A stretch of 64,000 nucleotides of DNA from Neodothiora populina (lineage: Eukaryota), in assembly GCF_041146345.1 (NCBI RefSeq), contig NW_027191414.1:372001-436000 (forward strand). Direction: 5' to 3'. Made by a program: the position numbers and the translations under genes. The notes beneath the pieces are model-generated. The model had not been told where the DNA came from. It saw only the letters and a program-made list of their open reading frames with translations, and made no database searches. The stretch's first letter is position 1, and each line of letters opens with the position of its first letter. Shown in pieces: positions 35,973 through 49,034 of the stretch.

Positions 35973-38900
35973 TTAGTACAATTTCATGGGCGGCGGGCTG
36001 TGCACCCGGCGGTCCTGCGTTTGCAGTCGACGATTTCCTGGCGGGAACATCGGCGTCGGGTAGGAAGGTATGGCGTTTGCAGGAGGAGGCGAAGAGCCAT
36101 AGAGGGGCCATTGATAAGACTCACTGCCGCCGACACTGGCACTGGCACTTTCCCTGCGCTCGTTGCGTCTGCGTTCGGCATTGGCGTAGTATGGGGTATT
36201 CACGGGCTGCGACATTTGGGCTTGCTGTTGTTGACCTTGCGGTGGGTGCTGGACTGGTGGACTTTGAGCCCTGAGTTGTTGTTGCGTGTGTGGTTGCTGA
36301 GGCTGGCGCTGGAGCGGTGACTTTTGTGATTGATGCGCTTGACTGAAGCCTCCAGTCCCTGTCCATGAGTCCTCTCGATTTTGTGGAGGGAAATATGGGG
36401 GCAGGGAGATTGCATATGCATCTTGCGATTGTTGCTGCCTTTGTAGATGATTAAAGGGAGACAGTGTCCTTGTTGCAGCGGTCATCGTTGAAGATGTGGG
36501 GAGTTCTGATGACACAATCCCCGGCGCGAGCGAGGAGTCTGTGAATGGAAACGGAAAGTCCTCGTCGATCATGATCAGGCTGTTCTTGCGACTCCCAGTT
36601 GGTGTTCTGACTAGCTGCCGTGGTGCAGGGCTCATGTCATTAATATCTCTCTGCTGTTGCTGGTCTCTTTGCCATGACCCCGAGATTGGCCGGGATGAGC
36701 TTTGATAGTAGGAGCCGCTACCGACTCCTGGCAAAGTCCCAGGTGTGATACTCCTTTGTGGTGGCGACATAGTTGTGATAGCACCATTAAACCACCCTCC
36801 ATTGTTAGGATCTCGCTGCTTGTAAGGACTTGAGTGAGCAGAGTCTGGGTCAAAGCTTGCTCCTGCAGTACCCGAAGGGATCTGTAGTGCATAAGCTCCT
36901 CTGTCACTATAGTAGTTGGCCTCGTCGTATTTGCGCTGCAGAAGCTCTTCTCCTTCGATGGGGTTACTCATCCGATAGGCGTCCTTAGGGGCGGCACCGA
37001 AAGATCCAGATCTTGAGTGGGTGGGCGTCAATCGCTTCTCCGAAGAAAAGGAGTTTTGACGATGGGCGATCGGAGAAGTACCGTAGGCGGAGAAAACATC
37101 AGACTGACCATTGCTTCCTACTACTGCAGCTCCGCCATTTTCGCTACCGTAAGACTGTTGTCGTTGCCAAGTACTGAGAGCAGGTCGCTGTATAGGCGTG
37201 CCGCTGCTGTTGTTCATTGAGCCCTGACGATGTGGAATCACCCGGGTGGTGACAGACTCTGCGGAAAGCGCGCGCGGTGCCATCGTTGGACGAGGCGCTA
37301 TTGACTGCTCCCAATCTTCTTCGATATGGTCTGGTAGCTTTGCACCTGGAGCAACAACCTGATTCATGTAGTACCGTTCTTGGGGGACTACACCGGAGTT
37401 TCGCACCGATGCGGGTCCTGGACTTGTCGTCATATACCTAGGCTCACGGCGAAAGCCTTCACTATGAAGGCGTCTAGTTGCTGGGACTGGCGACACGGGT
37501 GTGGGTTGAACACGAGGTAACCTTGGTTGCTGTTGCTCGCGCTGATGATCGATGTAAGTAGAAGGTGGGGCAGGGGCATACCATCCATTCGGAGGGGGGC
37601 AGTCCAAGCAGCAGGTATTTGAGGCCGGCCATGCTGTTGGAAGTTTCGTTCGTGTTGGTAATTTGCTTGCACACCTGGCGGAGGTGGAGGTGGAATTGGG
37701 AAGTCCATCGATGAGTTTGCTTGCGCGGTGTTGTTCTGTAAAGCAAGTCCTTCTCTGCTGCCATAGCCTGGTTTCGACCCTTGTACAGGTCCTTGACTCA
37801 TTGGCTTCGGTTTCACAAGACGATTGCCTTTCTTGGACTCCTTCGGCCTGGACTCCTTGGGCTCGGTCTTCTGGGAGTTGCGTCTACCAAAGATAGATCC
37901 TAGTCGCGAGAAGCGTTTCTCCTTCTTCTCAGGAGTTGGTACAGCAGTGGTTGTAGCAGAGCGCTGGACTTTCCTGAGGGTCTTATTCCTGGATGCTGTG
38001 TTCTCCCTCGCTTTCTGTGCAGCTAAAGCAGCCGGACCAGCGAATGTCTGCGCTCGAGCATGCTGCGCCTGCTGCTGCTGTTGTGGCTGAGAATGTGAAT
38101 CTACCGAGGTTGATGCTGTATGCGTACCACCTGTACTTCCTCTGCTTGGTAACCGATTCTGCCAGTCCTCTGATACGCTGTCCCTTCTACTGAACCCACG
38201 GAAGATCCCAGACTTCCTCTTTTCTTTCTGCTCAGGGTCAGGTTGGGATAGTTTCTCATCCTCTATAACCGGTTCATGTTCCACGACGGCGTTGGGTTTG
38301 ATACGCTGTTGGCTCGTCGTCGTGTTACGAGGGCCAAGAACACTACCTCTGTTACGAAAGAAACCCTGGGCAGGAGACTCAACGGGTAGCCCTATTCCTG
38401 GGAGCTGGTACTCTACTGGCTGTTGTCTGGGGTCGAGAACTCCAGAAGTAAATCGATCACTCTCCATCTCAGCTTGTTGGAGTGGTGGAGGCGAGGTACT
38501 TTGCTGAACTGCTTGCTGACCATTGGTGTATGGGTATATGTAGTCGCCCTGTGGTGCCTGGATATTCGCCGTTATGAAATTTTGTGGCTGCGAGTCTCGC
38601 GGGGGTGCAAATCTTTGGTGAATGCTGCCTGACACGACAGTGGATGTGGCAGGGTTTTCCATAGTACTCTCACTCTGCACATAATCCACATAAGGTCCGT
38701 GTGCGAAGTTCGCAGCGGTAGCGATCCTGAGGTCTTCAGAGGTGAAGTATCCCACTTCTTCTGCTGCAGGCATAGCTCGTTGCGCGACTGGGGACTCCGG
38801 GTACCCTTGGTATCTCTCAATAGAGTTTCGTCGAGAGCCGAAATGGGGCGTTACGACGCCTTCAGTCGCAGGCTCGAGCACTTGACTAGCTCTGCGGCTA

Positions 38901-41900
38901 CCCCAGGCAGCATAGCTTGTACGCCTTGTATCTAGGGGCGGCCGTTGTTGAGAGGGAAGGCTGCTTCGACTCATCCTCCTTTCTGACATCGGATTTCCGC
39001 TAGGTGCATCCTCTTTACGGGTTTCCATGGGTGTTCCTGGCTGAGGCGCCACTTGTTGACCATCCTTTGGTGCATCGGAGACTGAGGTGGGCGCCTGCAT
39101 GATTGGAAATACTTCCTGGCAAGGACTAACAGTTATGTCGTCCTTATTGTGCTCCGCCTGTTGTCGGTCATGCCGTTCGGCTTTCGAACCGAGGCTAGAC
39201 ACTGGCGACACAACCCGTTCGGGTGAAGTGGCCCTTGATGCCGTGGCCGGTTGCACGTCAGTGAAACATGTTGGTCGCGCCTTTGGACTTCGTACAACGG
39301 AGCCAACTGGACTTATAAGGGACAGGAAACCACCATTCGCCGCAGGTCTCTCCTCCGTTGCGCTTCTCGGTCCTTTGACATGTTCAAATTGCAGCATCTT
39401 GATATTTGTTGCTTCTGCTCTGTCTGGCTCCGCTGCAGCTGTGGTTACATCCTTGACAGTCTGAACGCTGCGATCCGCGTTGTTACCAGCCTTTGCCTCA
39501 TTCAGGGCATCGTCTAGCTCTTCTACATCAACTCCACTTTGAATCTGCATATCCCTTTGGAGGCTAGGCAGCTCTTCAATAGCCTCAGCTTGTGATACTT
39601 GATCAGGCGTTGATTTGGCATCGACAGCCGGGCTAGGAAGGAAGCCGATTCTGCCATTGCTACCGATCCGGTTACGCTGTGGTGTCGCGCTCTCGTCTGC
39701 ATCTGGTTCCGCCCAAGGCGATATGACTGCTTCGTATTGAGGATTTTTCACAAATGTGTCTGTCGGAGCTGCAGACACACTGTCCACGTTGGTTTCCAGA
39801 GCCGTGAGTAGAGTACTGTTTCGCTTAGAACTAGAACGTGGTCGAGAACCTTCCCGCATTCGGTTAAATGCCGTTGAGAAACGGTTGCTTTGCTGCGAAG
39901 AACTGTTAATGGCTCTCTCGAATGCCTGCGTATTACCTGGCGCTTCACTGTCGGTCTGCTTGCCAGAAGTATTCGCTATCGGTGAATTATTATCTGCAGA
40001 TACAGTTCCTGCTGCTGTGTGGAAAGTGGTCACTGGAGCGACCGGTGCAATCGTTGTAGGATGACCTGAAGCACGATCGAGAGGGCTGCTAGGTCCGAGG
40101 CTACTCCTGGGACGACCGTTTGAGGGACCCTGTTACTCGCGAGCATTAACACGACCGACTCCATCTGGAAAAGAGTGAAAGTGGAGACAGTGAAGTAGAA
40201 TAAATCTTTGGAGACATTACATATGGGGATAATACATGTAGCATGGATGTTCACATTGAGATGAACCCAGGGAGCAAAACACCCATCGCCATCTCGCCCG
40301 AACGCCGAAACGAGCATGACATAGGGTGCAGTCCCGAAATGCAATGGCAACTTGGCTATTTGGCGAAGACGAACGTGCAAAACAAAAAGATCATTACGCC
40401 TAGAGGAGTAAAAGACAAATAAGCAAGAGGGGCAAAATGATGAAAGTATGAGTTATGAGGCGAGGATGTCGGGCAACGTGACGGAAAGAATATCAATCTA
40501 CCTTTTCACCCCCCCTTCTCTCAGCTTGCCCTTTGCCTTGGCGAAGAGTCCTTTAGCGCCGAAGGTTGCCTTTCCGCCAAATGCACCAGCAGACTTCATC
40601 AAGTCCTTTCCTCGTGAGGTACCACTTTGGCTGACACTGGCTTGTCGTTCAGGACCGCTAGATGTCTGCTTATCACTCGTGGTAGCCGTCGATCCCGATG
40701 CATGGTCTCTCGATGGACCGAAATTTCTAGCCATTTTCATGATGGTAGATCCATTCTTCATGCGGCCGCTGCCCACCATGTCGCTTGTCGTCAAGCTTGG
40801 TTGGGAGGCAGAGGAAGCGAGAGAGGCGTGCTCAGGCTTTTCAGACATTGTCGTTGCGAGCCAGTTCGTAAGTCCAGTGTCCGTCGTAGCGAATTGTGTA
40901 CGAGTGCCGTTGTATTTTGCGATCCTCTCTGATGAAGACTTGAGTGCCAATATTTCTCGGAAAGGAGGGATTCGGGCCCCTTCGTTACTAGCCTGAGTCG
41001 TGCCAGTCGTCGGGACGGTAGCCAAATCGGGACTCTTGCTCGATGTTACATCGTTCTCTTGTGACGGAGATTGTATGGGCTCTGGGAGAACTTGGTCTAA
41101 CGACTTGACTGTCTCGGTTGGAGTCGACGGGTTTTCCACATCCCGGGTTTGCTCTTCGTTGCTGGGAAGAGCATTAACATCTGCAGCGGCTAATTCACTT
41201 GCAGGCGCCGAAGCCAGTGCATAGTCTTGAGCCTGGACTGATGTTTCGGCGGGCGCTGGACTAGTCGCAGAGCTCTCAGAGTCGAGACTAATGCTGGAAT
41301 TGACAATGTGCAGGCCCTGTGTCGACAACGGGCGTTCGTACGGCGCCCTAGGCTCACTATCCACGGTGGCAAAAAGGGGCGTAGCTGCGTCAGATGTCTG
41401 CTCCCAACTGAAACGATTATCAAGGAGCTTCGGCCGATCATCCAGGGTCGTGGTCTTCTCAGGCTCTGTGAGTCCTGCAGACTCGCCCGGGACGTAAAGG
41501 GTTGGCGGCAGCTCTGTTCTTGGTGTAGAGCTAGGTGGCAGATTCTCGGCCTGCTGGTGTCCTCTCAAATTGGCCGGTCCATCAAGGGCATCTTGATCCC
41601 TGTTCCTTTCCTGCTCGACGTCTGGGGTCGCCATCGGCTGTGGGCCCAGAGTACGCTCTATCTCTTTTCGCAAACGGTCGCTTTCCATCTCTTCGGGCGA
41701 GTGGATCGTGCCGAATCCATCCGACGGAGTGTCCGGGACCTGATCAGCGAAGTAGCTCGAGTGATCTGTATTCGTGTTGTTCGGGGTGTCCTTTGACAAT
41801 GGGGTCGGGGCAGTGCTGGACGAAACAGATGACGCAGCATCGTTGATCATCAGGGGTCGTAGATAGACGTCACCAGCGGCTGATCGCTGAGTCCGAACGG

Positions 41901-44393
41901 GAGTTGGAGAGTCGTCGACCTTTCTATCAGCATCTGCAAAATCTTTAGCATCGTGACCACCGCCAAGGCCAATGCTGGCCATGATGGCTGAGCCCAACGC
42001 ATCTCCGGCGGCTTTGACGGCCTCAATCGGACTGCTTCCCTCGTATGGCTCTTTGGCTACAAGCTTTTGCTTCACGGTAGTTGGCGTCAGGTCAATTGGT
42101 TCTGTGGCACGAGGCGCCGGGCGAGGAGTGCCTGGGGAATCATGCAGAGATGCTCTTTCGTTCTGGTTGACATCGTCCGCGTGAGGTGTAGCTTCACGGT
42201 CTTCGGATCGATCTCCACTCTTGCTTGTGTCCATGTATGATACCCATTCTCCAGGTAGATGGGGCCGAAAACTTGCGACTGAGGCAGCCTGAGGGATTGA
42301 AGTTCCCTGCTTGCTCGAAGCGTTGTCATATGCCGGCAAATTCAATTCGTCTCCTTCACTCTTGGAAACAGCTTCTTGACCCTTCAAGGGCAGATTGTCG
42401 TCACTACGCTCCCACGACTGAATGCTACTCTTCGAGCGGGACGAGAGACTTGAGTTGCTCCTGGCCACAGCATGCAACTCGTTGAACTGGCCAGCAAGAG
42501 CGCGAACACGACTACCGCCCGGCGAACTGCCGCCAGGGGAACGGCCACCTGGACTTGGCGAGCGGGATGCTGGCACAGGGAATGTGGACGAGGCAGCAAG
42601 CGTGGGGCTGTGCGTTTTGAGGAACTGAGTGCGGGCGGCACGAGCAGCGGACGGGGCTGGCAAATCACTGCTTGAAGCAGATGGATCGCTGAAGAGATCA
42701 GACTCTCCCTTCGAGTAGTAGTCAGTCGGGTCGGTCTTGGTGGGTTCTTCTACATCAGCGGCTCCACGACCGCGTGGAGCTTCGAGACGGACATCAGTGG
42801 ACTCGGCAGCCAACGGATGTGAAAGGCGTTTCGTGTACTCGAGCTCGGGGGTTCTTGCGGGACTGCCTTCCTGGCTGGGAGGCTCCAGGCTGCGCCTATA
42901 GCCAGGAGTGAAGGATGCCGGTGTGTCATCACCGGATGCGTTTCGTGAGTGTCTTGCAAAGGCCCCAGATTCTACGGACGGGCTTGCCTCCTCCTCGGCG
43001 ATTGGTGGCGGTGCTGTGTCGCGGACTTCCGCAGCTCTTGCGCGTGCCTCGGCAGTAGCACCACTCGGGACACGACTCATTATGGGACTGATTCCCGAAG
43101 TCTGCGAGCTATCGCGAGATATGGGAGTAGGGGGAACGGAGGAATCGTCCTTTCTGTCAAAGGCTTGATGAACGACAGAAGTGAAGCCAAGAGATGGCTT
43201 CTGCGTCAGGGGTTGTGGCACAAAGTCTGACTGCGAAGGGGTCAGTTCTGGACCAGCATCCGAGATGGTGCTGCTGAGCGCCTGCGAAGCATCGGCGGAA
43301 TGTGATTTGTCGGAAAGCTCTGATGCGCCCCAAAAGTCCGAACCAAAGCCAGATGCAACGCGACTGACTGGAGGAAGAGCTAAGCTTACAGGTGCCACAT
43401 CAGGAGTGTCTCTTCCCCCTGCTGCCCCTGGAGCCAGGTTCGCACCGATAGCATCAGCCAAGACAGGGTTGTCCACCGTGAAGCCTTGCCAGCCTTGCTT
43501 TGGCTGTCCTTGCGGATCGGGCTTGCTCTGGGTGGTGTCGTCTGGCTGGATCTGCTCGTTGACCGGATCCAGGCTTTCCCTCCGCTGTCTGTCCTTCTCC
43601 TCTTCCATCCTCTTATAGATATCCGAGGGTCTGACGAAAGGCGCCTGCGCTCCTGGAGACGCAGTGGCGGCGGAGCGAGGTGTCGGCGATGGAGGATCGG
43701 CGACAGGAAGAGATGGCGCTCCTGGGAGTGGAGAAGTCCCAGAAAGGCTGCTCTTCCTCGGGGGTGGAAAGTAAGTATCGGCAGACGAAGGTTGGTGCGA
43801 TGGTGAGGGGGAACCTCTGAACGATAGAGGAGGTGGGACGTGAGCGGGCTGAGTGAAATCGCGGCGGATCTCAAAAGGTCGCTTCGTGGGACTTTCTGCT
43901 GCCTGATTTTGCGCAGCTTTGCCGCCGCCAGAAGACAAGGGCCGAGTGGTCACAGGCTTCTCCTGAGTAGGAGGAAGAGCAGCGGAGAAGCTGCGCTGTT
44001 CATCGCCTCTGTCGAACGAGTTCCTTCGTTGCTTCATGGCTGCAGCGATGGGCAGCGAAGGACCCGCCTCCTCGTGCGCCGCTCCTCGACCCTCGTCGTC
44101 GCTCTCGTTACCATAGCCATCGTACTCATCGTAGGGATCGTAGCCTCCCCAGTCATCGCCATCGTATGTGTAGTTTTTGGCCTCTGTCCATTTTCTGCTC
44201 TTGTTTCGATTCACATTAGTTTTGAATGATGCCGGGTCGAGTTTGGGTTGAGCAATCTGTCGGTCACTGCTCGCACAAGTGTCAGCGATGAAGGCGAGTG
44301 GTAAGATCGCGCATTAACATTTAACATCGCACTCGAAGATACATACAATGGAGAGCGCGCTACGTCGTCGGAGAACTGCCACGGGCGCGACAT
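35973..44393 (-). CDS. Very large S/P-rich disordered protein with a FYV8-like N-terminal motif (about 2700 aa if joined); apparent frameshift near 37597
   Basis: Exon 1 MSRPWQFSDDVARSP (donor GTATGT ~44346) splices to DRQIAQPKLDPASFKTNVNRNKSRKWTEAKNYTYDGDDWG. Collinear ORFs of 1238, 867 and 544 aa on the same strand. Acceptor gttaat..taacag at 40130 opens the 867-aa frame. Confidence 0.65.
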
Positions 44394-47242
44394 GTCAGAC
44401 TAGACAAAGACTAATAGAGAATGAGCCTTGTCAAGTTGCCAAGTTGCCTCAGAGCGCCGTCATTGCAATACACACAAGGACGACAACAATGAGCCTGTAA
44501 AGGAGCTTGTAAAAGAACGTCGCGAGACCCTGACTTTCTGTTATCGAAAGTACAGTATCAAAGGGAGACACGAAAGTGTGGATTGCGAATAAAGGTAAAG
44601 TTAAGACAAGGCGGGCAGCGGTTGAGCCTCTTTGCTTGAGATGGAGATGGGCGGCGGATAGACCGTTGTTGGTAAAGTCAGCTAAGGTAGAGTACGTGTC
44701 TCGGTACTTGGCCTCGTCACGTCCTCGACTTCTCCCAGATGTGTTGCACTTCTAACAGCACAAGGACTCCGTAATCTGCTGGGACTGGCTTCTATAAAAA
44801 CGTGGGGTTGGTCGATAATGTGGCTTGAGAGAGACTTGAGAATCCGTCGTACAAGTAGTACAGGGAACAGAATGTACGGTACTGTTGTTTCAATCCCGAT
44901 GAAAACCTAGATATCTTGCCTACCGAACGAGATATATTTCTCTCTCTCCCTCTTGCTCGTCCTTGTCTCCCTTTCTCTCGTGTTTGCTTGCTACGACTGC
45001 AATTAAACCTGACGAAAAGGAAGAGCGAAGCGCAAACCTGGCGGTCTACTGCACCTTTGAAGTGTCACCGTGCTCGTGATCCCCCTACTACACTACTGCC
45101 TTGCGAGACAATCTTGCTTGATACTGGGTGCTAAACCAACTAACGCCCAACCGCGCTGCGAGCTTATATGACGATCCTAACCTTGTGCGCTTGAATCTTG
45201 TGTGCAGACCACCCACGCTAGGACTTGGAGACTCCGAAGTCGAGCCTTTGCAGAGCTTTGTTTGTTGCCTGTAATTTGAATGGCTCCGTTCTCTTATCAT
45301 TTGTCAAGTCCTCCACTTTTCAATATCTCTTCTTCTCGCGTGGCTGGTAAAAGAAAGCGAAAAACCATCTGCCGACGGCTTGCTCTTGATAGAGGACACG
45401 AGCACCGGGTTTACTATACATGAACTCGCCTGCGCATGACGTCAAAGCCCTCTCTTCTCCCCGCGATAGCTTCTTTTCGTTGTATGGATTGCATCTGCTA
45501 GGTTGTCACCCCCAGCCTCGTTGCATACGCAATATAAGGCCTGCACCATAGGCCTGCACCACGATAAGAGAAGGATCCTCGAACACGCATCCGCAGCATA
45601 TCAACGCGTTAATCATGCGTCATGTGCATGTACGTCTGACCTACTAGCTTGCTCGCTATAATGCAGTGGTTTTAGGGTCGAAATGCAAGACGCACCAGGA
45701 TGGTAAGGTGATATGCTGTGGTATCTGTTGAAAGTTGGCATGCATCTGACAGAGGGCGATATGCGGCGATAAAACCAACCACGGTAATAGTATCTACGGC
45801 CAGAGACTTTTCAATCAAAGACCTCAGATGATCTTCCATCCTAGTCAATGCAGACTCTCGAACCATACTTGTACGTCCAGAATCCATGACACCTTCTCGG
45901 CTATACCCACTAAAAGTGAATCGTTTCTCCATATATCAGAATCTACGATATACCTTCCCTTGCAAGTAGCATCACGCATCCCCAGTCCTCTGTAAAATCA
46001 GCCGAATACCCACTTGGATCCTGACTCGCGAGATCCCAGCTAACCCAGCTACCTTGGTCTATAGGATGCATATCTAATCTTTTACCAGACAAGACTGAAA
46101 AGATGCTGCGGTGCTGGTGTTGATATCAATCGAGCTCAGGTGATCAGATCTTGACATTCATCTGCACGGAAAGTACAAGTACGAGCACAGTGCAGCGCCC
46201 TACTTACTATCTCTATCTATTGATTCCCTCCTATGTCCGTCGAATAGTCTGTTCGGTTCCTCGTCTCGAAGACGACAATCCACAAGAGCACAAAGCAAGA
46301 GAAAGAAGAAAAAGAACAGTACAGCAATTGGCCTGTGTGAAAGGCTCCCCCTCCACCCCCTTCGCTCCCTACCGATATTGTATAGGCCGTAGTACAATTA
46401 GTTTTATCGATTCCGCACGCACGCACATGCCCTTTGTCTCAAACTAATAAATCCACACCGTCCCGTCCCGTCCAGTCTCTTGTTTTTCGTCTCTTGTCTC
46501 TTGTCTTTTTTACCTAGTCTTCTGCGCTTGTGCTTGTGTGCGTGCTTTTTGTCTCGTATCGCTCGCTCGAAGTCTGGAGGCCGGTTTTTCTTGGATTGTC
46601 GCTTTCGTGCTATCTCTTTTCTGCAGGATGCATTATTTGAATGTGCAGCAAGTACACTAGATCAATTGAACCACTCGCCGTCGGGGAGGTAGAGGCTCCA
46701 CGCATACACTTGACACTTGGCACACACTTGGTACCACACAGTACACAGCTCATACACGTACATCTCTAGGCTTAGATGGAAGGACAACTAGCGAGGCAAG
46801 ACCAAGTCCTATCGAAGAGTGCCAGGCAGGCGATACAATGGGCGGCTTCGAGTCGTGTCAAGCACGGTGATTTGTACACTCCTACTGTGTTGGTTAGGGG
46901 ACCTGGAATATGTTCTGATAGGCTTGATAGAATACGATTGTACAGGGGACACTGACACCCGAGATGTGTTAGTAGACATGGTACGACTCTCGAAAATACA
47001 CACGTTCTTTTTCCTCTATTAACGTTGTACGAATGAGAGCGAGGGATGAAAAGAGTAGAAATTGATGATTAATCTTCTTTGGAATTTACTTGTACTCGAA
47101 ATAGAGGTGGGGGGAAATAACAATAAACTCCAAGTTGCCTTGCCTGCGCTGCCCTGGCTGTCCTTTCGATGTGGAGAAGCCTTTCGCACAGAGTAGTAGT
47201 TTTGCAGTGTTTTTCGCTGTGGTGTCCGCCGTCGCCGCGTAT

Positions 47243-48455
47243 TTAGTCCCATCTGTGATTTTAATTATCAATAGTGCCCAGGAGGAGAGTCGATGAACGA
47301 GTGATCTATTAACGAGACTTGGGATGGGGGAACAGAAAAGAAAAACTCACCCTTGGTCCTTCTGCCTCACAATGTCATTCCTGTTACCCTTCTGCTTACC
47401 CGTCTTGCCGCCCTCTACCACTAATCTGTCGAGCTGGAAGAACTGACTGACGACCGTTTGTCTCTGTTTTCGTCTGCATGTCAGCAAGTTGGCCTTTTTG
47501 GGGATGATTTGTGCATTCGAAAAACAAAAAGAAGAACTGGGAAATGCCGCGAGTGATCGATGTTTTCCTCAATGCCAAGACCTGCTCTTATGATGCTCTC
47601 TGCTGATGTCTCCTGATGGTGATTTGGTTGATGCACGAATCATACGAGCGTGGAAGGGTGATATTCCGTGTCTTCAGTGTCGATATCAGAGGTGCGACTC
47701 CCGCAGCTTTCTATGTGTGCTGTTTGTTGAATCTGTAATGACCACCATGGTTTTATTTCCCGTCTGTGGCGATTTCGTTTTTCGCTTGAACACGCCTCCT
47801 CTCGCAGATCCTCTGAATCTTTGTCTTCTTCCATCGCACTTCAACTCGCACTTCGCCTCTATTCTCTTAAGATCACATGCAGCTCCGTGGCGTCGAAGTC
47901 TCCCTTTGGAACCAGCATCCTCGGGCGAAGTGGGAAAAGATAAGAGGAACAGAAGAAAGAACATCCATACCTTCAACACCTGCAACTCTTGAATACCCTT
48001 CTGCACAAGTTCCTGTATTTGTCTAGGGTCTGACTCTGCGACATGATCGCGAAAGGCGTCACGGGTGCGTCGTTGTGCGTACTCGCGGAAGTTGTATGTG
48101 CCAAACTGCTTGCCTGTACGGAGGAGGGAGCGGTACTGCCATGGAGACATAAGTAATGATGATTTGGAGAGTGTGGCAACGGTGAACGGGTGGGTGCAAG
48201 GTCGTTGAGAATGGCGAGGAGAGGGGCGGAAAATGATTGCGAGTAGTAGGGTTCCTCGTCGTCTGGACATCGCTGTGGCATCGGGATTGAAGTGGGAGAT
48301 GGATATGCGTAGTCGAGATGTCATGCCCAATGCCATCCAAGACCGGGGCATACGAAACTGATGGGCCCGGAGCAACGGTATATGTAGGACAAGGTAGGTG
48401 TGATGAACAGAAAGGTTTCGCGTACCAATGACCGTACTTCCACAGGTGTACTCAT
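47243..48455 (-). CDS. ISD11: LYR-motif protein Isd11 (LYRM4), Fe-S cluster biogenesis; 4 exons
   Basis: [85 protein letters not shown]. Confidence 0.95.
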
Positions 48456-49034
48456 GGCGTATATATATGTAAGGACGATATGTGTTGACGGTGCGCAGAT
48501 ATAGTAAAGTGCTTCAGTGCTCTGAAGATGACGAGTCAGCGATGCCTCTGGCAGTGATTATGTGTTTATGATGATTGCAGAGAAGAAGAGGATGCGACAT
48601 GTGCCACCCACAGGCACAAATACCGTGCGGGCTTCGAACATTTCGTGGGGAGGCGTTGTTCACTCACAGTGTTCACAACCAACGAATCAAGATGGGTTCA
48701 GTGTTTCGACGAGAGAAAATTGCACACGATGATAGAAAACAGTCGTGATTATGTGCAGGTTCTCAAATTAATCTTCGTCGTCGCCGTGTATAGAGAGATA
48801 GAGGCAGCGGCATTATGTCATACAAACTTTTGAAAGCTTCCACATCCGTTCCCCGTCGGCGACCGCTGTTCTGCCCTCGGAGATCCGGTCCACTTTGCTC
48901 CGATGCCCCTCAGACCGCGTTTTGGGTAGGTTTATCTTCTGTTTCATCTGCGATAATTCATTGCTTGGGTATCTATATGCTTTTCAGAACCTGAGAGGCT
49001 GTTCGTTGGGATGCCTGACGAGTCCAGTAGCTCG

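Noticed and set aside
45538..45562. Short direct repeat AGGCCTGCACCA x2
   Set aside because: Only two units with no spacer array. Not CRISPR-like or otherwise interpretable.
45672..45932. 86-aa minus-strand ORF in the FYV8-like/ISD11 gap
   Set aside because: No recognisable motif or splice support, and the length is within chance expectation.
47465..47970. Long ISD11 intron as a possible snoRNA host
   Set aside because: No properly arranged C (RUGAUGA) and D (CUGA) boxes with a terminal stem, and no H/ACA pattern seen on the transcribed strand.
7401..48455. COX13, RIM2, CIA30 and ISD11 as a mitochondrial gene cluster
   Set aside because: They are spread over 40 kb among unrelated genes, and mitochondrial genes are common enough for this to be chance.
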